Assembly: GCA_037442885.1 (NCBI GenBank)
Contig: JBBIPK010000005.1
Location: 6,315 to 70,314 of the forward strand
Origin: Acidobacteriota bacterium
GTDB lineage: Bacteria; Acidobacteriota; Terriglobia; Acidiferrales; 2-02-FULL-67-57
Direction of reading: 5' to 3'
DNA: 64,000 bases
A model generated the notes under the pieces. The model did not search any database, was not told the DNA's origin, and worked only from the letters and a program-made list of their open reading frames with translations. The position numbers were made by a program, and so were the translations under genes. Each line of letters begins with the position of its first letter. The stretch's first letter is position 1. Positions 20,077 through 27,967 of the stretch are shown here, piece after piece.

Positions 20077-20547
20077 ATGCAGGGACGGCGTCTCCTTCTG
20101 GTTATCTTTGGTCTGGCGTTCCTTTCGTGTACCGCCGGGCCGATAGTGTGCCGGGCCGGGGACGATGAACTGGTTCCTATTGACGTTCGGGTGGTGTCGG
20201 CTGCCGACCAGAAGCCAATCACCTATGCCAGCGTCTATGTGACGTTCAAACAACTCAAGTTCCTGCGCGGGGCCACGCAGATCCGCTGGCATGTCAAGAC
20301 CAACTCGGAAGGGCTGGCGCGCTTCCCCGGCGTGAAGCCGGGTCGCGTCCTGATCCAGGTGGTAGCAGAAGGATGGAAGTCCTTCGGACAGTACTACGAA
20401 ATCGAGCCGAAAGAAGAGACGCAGAGTGCCCAGCAGAGTCAGGAGGGTGAGAACAAGGAACCGGAAGAAAAGCAGACCGAGTCTCGTGCTGACCCGAAAC
20501 GCAAACTCATCGAAATCAAATTGGAACGCCCCCGCCGGTGGTACTGA
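20077..20547 (+). CDS. exported CarboxypepD_reg-like domain protein with acidic/lysine-rich tail
   Basis: ATG at 20077 after GGGAGGA. Signal peptide MQGRRLLLVIFGLAFLSC. Beta-sandwich-like VRVVSAADQKPITYASVYV...TNSEGLARFPGVKPGRVLIQV. Confidence 0.7.
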   Translation: MQGRRLLLVIFGLAFLSCTAGPIVCRAGDDELVPIDVRVVSAADQKPITYASVYVTFKQLKFLRGATQIRWHVKTNSEGLARFPGVKPGRVLIQVVAEGWKSFGQYYEIEPKEETQSAQQSQEGENKEPEEKQTESRADPKRKLIEIKLERPRRWY

Positions 20548-20704
20548 GCGTCACACTCTGTTCCCCTCGCAAGTTCTATTCCAGAGTTCTCTTTTTCTTG
20601 GTTGGAGGTGAAAATCTGTTCGCCTGCTGAATTCTTGTGCAGGCTGTACGAAGTTTTTCCTTCCTCGGTGCTTAGGCAGAAGAGCCAGAGTCTTTTCCAC
20701 ACAC

Positions 20705-20726
20705 TTTTCAACACTTGTGTTGAAAA
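20705..20726. terminator. perfect 10-bp inverted repeat (TTTTCAACAC-TT-GTGTTGAAAA) between convergent genes, possible bidirectional terminator
   Basis: Read directly. It lies 47 nt beyond the stop of the minus-strand epimerase gene, in a locally AT-richer convergent intergenic region. There is no long U-run on either side. Confidence 0.3.
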
Positions 20727-20772
20727 AGGCCGGACGCAGCCCCCGGAGTCCTGACTAGGAGGGGAGGGGACG

Positions 20773-21858
20773 TCAGTTCGCTCTTGGCACTGGCCTTTTG
20801 CTCGCGGCATCCCGGAGAGCCTCTTCACTCGTGTAGCGGATAATCCGGTCATACTCCGGGCCCAAGACGCTGCGCAGTCGGTCGCAGTTCATGATGTAGG
20901 AGCCGGTAAAATAGGGGAGCGCCCTTGGCGGGACGCCAGAGAGCCCGCTCCACCACAGGCACCAAAAAATCCCTTCCACCAACCTATAGGAGGGAAGCCG
21001 AAGCAGGCGCGCGCCCACAATCGCGGCCGTCTCCGAATTGGTCAGAGCTTTCCCCTTGCCTTGCACGTTCAATATTACCAGCCTGCCCGGCTCGTACTGG
21101 TGGCACAGCCACTGCAGGAGCCGTGCCACGTCCTCTATGTGCACAAACTGAAATCGCCCTTCATACCGCGGGTCGCGAGGAAGGACAATGGGCAGGCGCC
21201 AGCCGAGTCTCTCTACGAAGCGCGCCAGCCAACCCCGGCCACTGGGCTGGCCACGAAACGCGCGCAGAATGAAGTTGTCTATGGCCGGGCCCAGAAAGAT
21301 GTGAGCGCGCAGAATGTAGACCGCACAGCCTCCCAGCCGCGGATGAAACTCTTGGCAGAGCAGGTCGGTTTCCACCTTGTGCACTGCATAGGAAAATGTA
21401 TGCCCGCCCAGCGGGGCGTCCTCACGAACCGCAGTCGGCAGGTTGGAGCCGTAGGCGGTGACACTGGATAGATACACAAAGAGCCTCACTTGCCCACCGG
21501 CGCGGTTGGCCCGCTCGATGGCTTCCAGCACATGGCGCGTTCCCTGGACATTGATTTCCCATTGACGCTGTTCATCGATGGCACCCATCCGCACCGGATC
21601 CAGAACGAAGGCCAGGTGGATGACAACCTGGACGTTATTCTGCCGGATGAGGTGCGCCAGGAGTTCAGTCGAATCGGGTTGAGAGAGGTCCGCCGAGCAG
21701 AATTGCGTCCAGGGATGGTCCAAGACGGGACACACGACGTCCACGGCCACCAGCAGAAAGTCTTTCAGCAAAGGCGCGAGTTGCCGCCCCAGATGACCGG
21801 CCGCTCCCGTCACAAGCACGGCCGCCCCCGGGATGTTATTCTTCGGTTTCCAGCCCAC
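20773..21858 (-). CDS. NAD-dependent epimerase/dehydratase family protein
   Basis: 361 aa (GTG start). Rossmann motif VLVTGAAGHLGRQL, and YxxxK-type SDR layout (YAVHKVE). Confidence 0.8.
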   Translation of the reverse strand: MGWKPKNNIPGAAVLVTGAAGHLGRQLAPLLKDFLLVAVDVVCPVLDHPWTQFCSADLSQPDSTELLAHLIRQNNVQVVIHLAFVLDPVRMGAIDEQRQWEINVQGTRHVLEAIERANRAGGQVRLFVYLSSVTAYGSNLPTAVREDAPLGGHTFSYAVHKVETDLLCQEFHPRLGGCAVYILRAHIFLGPAIDNFILRAFRGQPSGRGWLARFVERLGWRLPIVLPRDPRYEGRFQFVHIEDVARLLQWLCHQYEPGRLVILNVQGKGKALTNSETAAIVGARLLRLPSYRLVEGIFWCLWWSGLSGVPPRALPYFTGSYIMNCDRLRSVLGPEYDRIIRYTSEEALRDAASKRPVPRAN

Positions 21859-22044
21859 GCAACGCTACTCCGCGTGCCCTCCGTTGGGGAGGTTTCCTCG
21901 TTCGTCCTGCGGCGAACCGCAACCGCTGCCGGCTCATCATAATCAGTGCGGGCGCGATTGACGAGCAAAACTCCTCCCCGCATCGGGTTTGACCGCCGGG
22001 GACCAGGATGCTAGATTGAGGCGCCTGCGCCGAGGCGACACAGA

Positions 22045-23133
22045 ATGCAGGAACTGATCTGGGCGAACCTAAAGACACGGCCGGTGCGCACGCTGCTGAG
22101 CGTCGCGGCGGTTGCCCTGCAGGTTTTCCTGTTGTTGTTCCTGATGGGGTTGACGACCGGTATCCTGCAGGAATGGAGCAAGCGCGTGCAGGGAATCGGA
22201 GCCGACCTGTTGGTGCAACCGCCGAATGCTTCGATTTTCCTGGCCTTTTCCAGCGCCGTCTTGCCCGAACGGCAAGCTCTGCAGGTCTCCCGGGTGGAGG
22301 GGGTAAAGGTGGTGGCGCCGGCCGTCGCCGCGGTGAACACGGAAGGCCTCAGTGTGATTTACGGCATCGACTACGAGAAATTTGACCAACTCGGCAAGGG
22401 CTTCCTCTTTCTGGCGGGAGGGCCGTTTCAACACGCCTACGATGTCATTATTGATGACATCAAAGCGCAGTCGCAGCGGTTGAAGGTCGGCGACCGCGTG
22501 CGCTTGTGGAATGCGGATTTCCGCGTTTCGGGAATCGTCGAGCACGGCCGAGGCGCCCGCTATTTTGTCCCCCTCCGCACGGCGCAGGAACTTCTGGGAG
22601 TGGAAAATCGCGTTTCCTTGTTTTGGGTGCAGACCGATGGGAAGACAGAGCCGGTGCGGCGGGAGCTGGCTCGCCTGCTCCCGCGCTATCAGGTACGCCC
22701 GGTCGAAGAGTATATGTCTCTCATGGTCTCGGATAACTTGCCTGAGGTTCGACCCTTTACCCGCGCGGTCATCCTGGTGGGATTGTTGATCACGTTCCTG
22801 GTGATTCTCCTCAGCATGTACACCATCGTGCTGGAGCGGACGCACGAGATCGGGATTCTGAAGGCGCTGGGCGCGTCGCGGTGGACGATTACGGCCCTGT
22901 TTATGCGCGAGAGTCTGGCCATTGCCGTTGTGGGAATCCTGCTGGGCGTCGGCAGCACCTACGTAGTCAAGTCGATTGTCACCTCCTTGCGCCCCACGCT
23001 CAGCATTGTCGTGACGACTGACTGGCTCCTGCAGGCGCTGGCACTGGCCCTCCTCGGGTGTTTGGCGGGCGCCCTCTATCCCGCGCTCCGCGCTGCGGGC
23101 GCGGAGGCAGCGACGATTCTGGCCTACGAATAA
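22045..23133 (+). CDS. ABC transporter permease, FtsX/MacB-like
   Basis: 362 aa. N-terminal LKTRPVRTLLSVAAVALQVFLLL, a large periplasmic loop, and a C-terminal FtsX-type 3-TM bundle with GILKALGAS. No adjacent ATPase gene. Confidence 0.85.
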   Translation: MQELIWANLKTRPVRTLLSVAAVALQVFLLLFLMGLTTGILQEWSKRVQGIGADLLVQPPNASIFLAFSSAVLPERQALQVSRVEGVKVVAPAVAAVNTEGLSVIYGIDYEKFDQLGKGFLFLAGGPFQHAYDVIIDDIKAQSQRLKVGDRVRLWNADFRVSGIVEHGRGARYFVPLRTAQELLGVENRVSLFWVQTDGKTEPVRRELARLLPRYQVRPVEEYMSLMVSDNLPEVRPFTRAVILVGLLITFLVILLSMYTIVLERTHEIGILKALGASRWTITALFMRESLAIAVVGILLGVGSTYVVKSIVTSLRPTLSIVVTTDWLLQALALALLGCLAGALYPALRAAGAEAATILAYE

Positions 23134-23225
23134 CCGCGCGGCCTCACCTTGCAATTGTCCTGCCTGCCGCCGTACCATAATCGTAACGGCCGCAGTCAGC
23201 ACCACCAGGACGGGCTAGGCGTTCG

Positions 23226-24461
23226 ATGAAAAAGAAGATCCTCATCGCCGATGACGATGATCTGATTCGTTCCCTGGTAAGCGCCCGTCTGAAGAAGGAC
23301 TACGAGGTGTTTACGGCGCAGGATGGGGAAGAAGCGCTTGTCTTGTGCCGCCGGTTGCGTCCGGACTTACTGATCTCGGACTTGCTCATGCCCAAGATCC
23401 ACGGCTTCTCTCTCGTGCAGGAATTGCGGTCCGACAAGAGCCTGGCCGGTTTGAAGATTATCGTTACCACGGCAAAGGTCTACCCCGCCGACCAGAAGGC
23501 CGCGCGGGAGCTGGGTGCGGACGTCTACCTGACGAAACCGTTCGATATCGAAGAGCTTGTTCGGCACGTTCAGGAACTCCTCAGCGAGGAAGGGGCGACA
23601 CCGATCCGGGTGAAGTTTTGGGGGACTCGTGGCTCCATCGCTACCCCCGGCCCCAAAACCGTCAAGTACGGCGGGAACACCGCGTGCACGGAACTTCGCT
23701 ACCGCGGGGAGCTGGTTATTTTCGACGCCGGCACCGGCGCACGCGAACTTGGCCTGGCCTTGTCGGAAGAGTTCCAGGGCCGCCCGCTTGAGGCTCACGT
23801 CTTCATCGGTCACAGTCATTGGGATCACATTCAGGGCTTCCCGTTCTTTCTTCCCGCCTACCAGCAGGGGAACCGGCTGACGGTCTACAGTGTGCGGGGT
23901 GCGCAGCGCAGCCTGGAGAAAATCTTTACCGGCCAGATGGACAGCGACTACTTCCCCGTGGCACTGGGTGACATGCAAGCCAGGCTGAAATTTGTGGAGT
24001 TGGACGGGCCGGTCGCGATTGCCGATGCGACGGTCCGCTATACGTATCTGAATCACCCGGGTCTCGCCATTGGGTTCCGCTTTGATGCCGGCAAGAAATC
24101 AGTGGTCTATATCAGCGACAACGAGCCCTATCGGCGCCTGGCGGGCGAGAGCGGCTTTACCGAAAAGCTTGATCAAGACTTGGTGGCGTTCGTGCGTCAG
24201 GCCGCTCTCCTCATCTGTGAATCCCAGTACACGGACGAGGAGTACAAGCAGAAGCGCGGCTGGGGTCACAGTTCGGTGAGCGATGTGCTCGAGCTGGCCA
24301 TCGCGGCACAAGTGCAGCAACTAGCTTTGTACCACCATGACCCGATGCATACCGACGAGATGATTGATGCCATGGTGGGTCAATGCCAGCAACGCCTCCG
24401 CGCACGAGGGTCCTCGCTCCTCTGCTTTGCCGCGCAAGAAGGCCTGACGCTCACGATCTAG
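23226..24461 (+). CDS. response regulator receiver fused to an MBL-fold metallo-hydrolase domain
   Basis: N-terminus KKILIADDDDLIRSL...DLLISDLLMPKIHG...TKPF (REC). C-terminus with HSHWDHIQGFPFF, an HxHxDH metallo-beta-lactamase motif. Confidence 0.85.
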   Translation: MKKKILIADDDDLIRSLVSARLKKDYEVFTAQDGEEALVLCRRLRPDLLISDLLMPKIHGFSLVQELRSDKSLAGLKIIVTTAKVYPADQKAARELGADVYLTKPFDIEELVRHVQELLSEEGATPIRVKFWGTRGSIATPGPKTVKYGGNTACTELRYRGELVIFDAGTGARELGLALSEEFQGRPLEAHVFIGHSHWDHIQGFPFFLPAYQQGNRLTVYSVRGAQRSLEKIFTGQMDSDYFPVALGDMQARLKFVELDGPVAIADATVRYTYLNHPGLAIGFRFDAGKKSVVYISDNEPYRRLAGESGFTEKLDQDLVAFVRQAALLICESQYTDEEYKQKRGWGHSSVSDVLELAIAAQVQQLALYHHDPMHTDEMIDAMVGQCQQRLRARGSSLLCFAAQEGLTLTI

Positions 24462-24488
24462 CACGTAGGCAGGAGTCAGGCGGGGCGC

Positions 24489-25607
24489 CTAGCTCGCGCG
24501 CTGCGCTGGGGCTTGCGGAATCTGAAAGACGAAACGGCTCCCTTGCCCAACCTGGCTCTCCACCCAGATTTTTCCCTTGTGTTCTTGCACCAGGGCGTGA
24601 GCAATGGCCAGGCCCAAGCCCGTGCCGCCTTTCTTGGGCGCGCCTTCGATTTGCTGGAACTTTCCAAAGATGCGCGGGAGCTGATCGCGCGGGATGCCCG
24701 GACCGCGGTCAACCACCGCACACTCGACGATGCCCCGGCCTTCGCGCAGCTCGACGCGCACGGTTCCCCCGGAAGGAGAAAACTTGACGGCGTTGCCGAG
24801 CAAATTGGTGACAATCTGGTCAATGCGATCCCGGTCTCCCCACACGAGGGGCAGCCTCTCGGGGGCGTCGATTTCCACCTTGACCTGAAAGCCATCGGCG
24901 TAGGCTTTGATCGTGCGCGCGCTCCGTTGCACGGAGTCGAACAGGCTCATTGGCTGGAGTCTGAGTTGCATCCGCCCCGCTTCGATCTTGGAGAGGTCCA
25001 GGATGTCGTTGATGAGGCGAATCAGGCGCTCGCAGCCACTCTGCGCAATCTCGAGCAGTTCGCGCGTTTCGCCCACAATCTCGCCGGCAAAGCCACCGAG
25101 CAGAAGATCGAGCGAGCCCTTGATGGAGGTCATAGGCGTGCGCAGCTCATGGGAGGCAATGGAGATGAACTCTGTTTTCATCCGGTCGATTTCTTTCTCT
25201 CGCGTGATGTCCCGGAAGATGAGCAGGCGGCCGAGCAGCGACCCATCGCTGCGCCACACGGGTGCCGTGATTTCCTGGAGATGCAGGCGTTGGTTGCCCC
25301 GGTAGATGAATTCATTCACCTGGACAGAATCGCGCAGCCGCGCGGTCGCTGTCCAGCGCATCTGCACCGCTTCCGCGTCTTCGAGTCCTTCCGCCAGGAT
25401 CTCCGCCAATTCTCCCAGGCCCTTTTCGTGGAGGCTTTCGCGAGAGAGGCCGAACAATTCCGTGAGGCGGCGATTCACGAAAGCGATACGGTTATCGGCG
25501 TCGGCTACAAGCAGAGCCTCGGGCGTGGCATCGAGGACGGCTCGCAGAGCTTCCGCTTCTCCGGCCAGCGAAGCCGCGCGTGCCCCTTTTGGCGTGTGAG
25601 CAGCCAT
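24489..25607 (-). CDS. PAS-domain sensor histidine kinase (cytoplasmic)
   Basis: 372 aa. PAS-like N-terminus, H-box SIASHELRTPMTSIKG, and N/G boxes (GNAVKFS, GTGLGLAIA). Confidence 0.9.
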   Translation of the reverse strand: MAAHTPKGARAASLAGEAEALRAVLDATPEALLVADADNRIAFVNRRLTELFGLSRESLHEKGLGELAEILAEGLEDAEAVQMRWTATARLRDSVQVNEFIYRGNQRLHLQEITAPVWRSDGSLLGRLLIFRDITREKEIDRMKTEFISIASHELRTPMTSIKGSLDLLLGGFAGEIVGETRELLEIAQSGCERLIRLINDILDLSKIEAGRMQLRLQPMSLFDSVQRSARTIKAYADGFQVKVEIDAPERLPLVWGDRDRIDQIVTNLLGNAVKFSPSGGTVRVELREGRGIVECAVVDRGPGIPRDQLPRIFGKFQQIEGAPKKGGTGLGLAIAHALVQEHKGKIWVESQVGQGSRFVFQIPQAPAQRAS

Positions 25608-25626
25608 TCGGCGCTAGCGATCAGAT

Positions 25627-26028
25627 CTACTCAGTGGACTCAGGCTCGACACCGGCCCGGCGGAGTAATTCCAATACCTGGGCGTGCAGTTGCAGTGGGT
25701 CGAATGGCTTGGTGAGGTAGCCGATGGCACCCATGTCCAGTCCCTGGTGAATCTCGTACTCCTGCGCGCTGGCCGTCAGGAAGATGACAGGGATGCCGGC
25801 CGTGGCAGGGTCTGCTTTGAGCCGGCGGCACGCTTCGAACCCGTCCAACCGGGGCATCTTGGCGTCGAGCAGGATGACGTCGGGGCGGGAGGACTTGGCC
25901 AGGTTCAGACATTCCTCTCCGTCCCCGGCCACAACCACTTCCCAGTGTCCGCCGCGTGCCAAGCTCAGTTGGGCGAGGCGGCGAATATCTTCTTCGTCTT
26001 CCGCCAGGAGAACCTTCTTGACGTTCAC
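25627..26028 (-). CDS. single-domain response regulator (CheY-like)
   Basis: 133 aa. VLLAEDEEDIRRL...DVILLDAKMPRLDG...LTKPF. Confidence 0.9.
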   Translation of the reverse strand: MNVKKVLLAEDEEDIRRLAQLSLARGGHWEVVVAGDGEECLNLAKSSRPDVILLDAKMPRLDGFEACRRLKADPATAGIPVIFLTASAQEYEIHQGLDMGAIGYLTKPFDPLQLHAQVLELLRRAGVEPESTE

Positions 26029-26177
26029 CGTACGGTCCCACTCGCAAGCTGTTGCGCCCCCATTGTGCCGCGTGCTGCTCGAATAGGCAAGCGGGGACGA
26101 AGAGCGGCGAGAGGTGGTTTGATTCCAGGTTCTGTGGTATCAAGGGCACGAATGGCTGGCAGGGAAGCGAGGCAGCA

Positions 26178-26416
26178 GTGGCAGGAAAGCGAGTCGTGAT
26201 TTACACGCAACCCCGCTGAGCTGCCTGCACGAGGGCGAAGGAGTTTCTTTCGTCGCGGGGATCGCGTTCGAGGAAAAGGACATTACGCAGGAGCGGGAAG
26301 CCTTGGTGGAGCTGGTGGAGATGCACCAGAGCCGCGCGACCCCCACTCTCCTCGTGGAGGGAGAAGTCATTATCGGGTTCGACCGCGACCGGCTCGAGCG
26401 CATCCTAGCGTCCTAG
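26178..26416 (+). pseudogene. glutaredoxin/NrdH-like gene interrupted by TGA at the first CxxC cysteine and by an apparent 1-nt frame break (selenoprotein candidate or pseudogene)
   Basis: Not in the ORF track. GAGG-N5-GTG at 26178 gives VAGKRVVIYTQPR-TGA(26217-26219)-AACTRAKEFLSSRG. After the GGGG run at 26257-26260 the -1 frame continues IAFEEKDITQEREALVELVEMHQSRATPTLLVEGEVIIGFDRDRLERILAS-stop (26414-26416). Joined, this is a full ~79-aa glutaredoxin fold. Confidence 0.55.
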
Positions 26417-26437
26417 ACAACTGCACAAGAGCAACCG

Positions 26438-27199
26438 ATGGCAGAGATGAGTGAAAAATTTAGCCGGGCCGTGATCACCGAGCGCCGGGATCTCGCCGAC
26501 GATCTCTGGGTTATTCGCGTGCAACCGGAAAACAAATTAGCCTTCCAACCTGGGCAGTATGCCACCTTCGGGCTCGTGGAAGACACGACGGTGGTCGAAC
26601 GGCCGTACTCGATTGTTTCTTCGCCCTACGAGAAGGATCTGGAATTCTTCATTGAGTTGGTCCCGCAAGGCGCGTTGACGCCGCGGCTGCACAAGCTGCA
26701 AGTTGGGGCCGAGCTGGTGATCCGAAAGGTGGCGAAGGGACGCTTTACGCTCGACCGCAAGAGCGGGCGGAAGAAGCATCTGTTCGTCGCCACCGTGACC
26801 GGGATTGCTCCCTACTGCAGCATGATTCGCACGCTCCACCGGGAGGGGAAGGAAGGCAGGTTCCCGGAGGGCTTCCAGGTTTTCCTCCTGCAGGGGGCCA
26901 GCCGCTCCTGGGAGTTCGGCTATCGGGAAGAGATGGAGCGACTGGCAGCGGAGGTGCCGTGGCTTGCCTATATCCCGACCATCAGCCGGCCTTGGGAAGA
27001 CAAGCAGTGGCAAGGCGAGGTGGGGCGTGTGGAGGATGTCCTCCGGAAGTATGCCGACCAGTTCGCCTTCACGCCCGAAAACTCGACTGCCTACCTCTGC
27101 GGCCATCCGCAGATGATTGAAACTGCCAGGGCCATCCTTCTCCGGCGCGGTTTCCCGAAGGAGTCCCTTCTGGAAGAACAGTATTGGGTGCAGAAGTAG
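26438..27199 (+). CDS. ferredoxin--NADP(+) reductase-type FAD/NAD(P)-binding oxidoreductase
   Basis: 253 aa. The RPYSIVS FAD-binding motif, GTGIAP-like VTGIAPY, and overall plant-type FNR layout. Confidence 0.85.
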   Translation: MAEMSEKFSRAVITERRDLADDLWVIRVQPENKLAFQPGQYATFGLVEDTTVVERPYSIVSSPYEKDLEFFIELVPQGALTPRLHKLQVGAELVIRKVAKGRFTLDRKSGRKKHLFVATVTGIAPYCSMIRTLHREGKEGRFPEGFQVFLLQGASRSWEFGYREEMERLAAEVPWLAYIPTISRPWEDKQWQGEVGRVEDVLRKYADQFAFTPENSTAYLCGHPQMIETARAILLRRGFPKESLLEEQYWVQK

Positions 27200-27202
27200 A
27201 GT

Positions 27203-27430
27203 CTACTCGATCACGATGTGGGTATCGGTGGACTCAACACCGTCAATCGCCTGAATATTGGCGAGTACCGTGTCGGCCAGCGTTTTTTCGTCTTTCACTT
27301 CGACGAACGTGAAGACGTCAGGCCGTCCCCAGCAGGGATGAACTTCTTTGACGGCCGAAATCGCCCGGACTTTCCGCACGACTTCGCGTGCCTTTCCCGC
27401 CCGCACGTTAACCAAGACGTAGGCTTTCAT
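27203..27430 (-). CDS. stand-alone Lrp/AsnC ligand-binding (RAM) domain protein
   Basis: ATG at 27430 preceded by GGAGGA at 7-nt spacing. MKAYVLVNVRAGKAREVVRKVRAISAVKEVHPCWGRPDVFTFVEV... Confidence 0.75.
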   Translation of the reverse strand: MKAYVLVNVRAGKAREVVRKVRAISAVKEVHPCWGRPDVFTFVEVKDEKTLADTVLANIQAIDGVESTDTHIVIE

Positions 27431-27489
27431 GGACGTTTCCTCCACCCTGAGCGGATTCTACCGCAGTTGGCGGGCACATCGCCAGGGAG

Positions 27490-27879
27490 TCAAGGCCGGA
27501 GCGGGGAGTCCGGGCGCTCGCCGCAACGCAGAGAGAGTTCTGCGCCTTCGCTGGCCAGGCCCAGGCATTCGAAGAGGTTGCGCACGTACTGGCCTAAGCG
27601 GTCTCCGTGGTAGCAGACTCGCTCACACTCTTCGGCTAGTCGCCGCGCCCATACCGCCACTTCGTCGGCAACCCGCACGGCAACGGCAGGCGGCGGGTCT
27701 TCCGGATAGGGACGCAGCAGGCGGTCAAGCGCCGCCAGCATGTCGGGGAGCGGCGTTTCTTCGTACCGGCAGGGCGACTCCTGATACTCGAGCCAGCGGA
27801 CGATGCGGGTGAGGATGGTGTGCGCGTGGGGAAGGTTGATGAAGGCGTAGCGACTTGTCGGACCTGACATCCGTTGCAT
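27490..27879 (-). CDS. hypothetical protein
   Basis: Internal ATG (MQRMSGPTSRY...) of ORF 27490-28038, chosen to avoid overlap with sppA. No family recognised. Coding status is only moderately supported by GC3 bias. Confidence 0.45.
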   Translation of the reverse strand: MQRMSGPTSRYAFINLPHAHTILTRIVRWLEYQESPCRYEETPLPDMLAALDRLLRPYPEDPPPAVAVRVADEVAVWARRLAEECERVCYHGDRLGQYVRNLFECLGLASEGAELSLRCGERPDSPLRP

Positions 27880-27967
27880 TGTAGCGCGATCTGGCCGTCG
27901 CCAGGTGGGCGGTTGCTTGTCTTCGAGCGCTCGGTCTAAGATGGGGTTTCTTCGCGGGAGGTCAACC

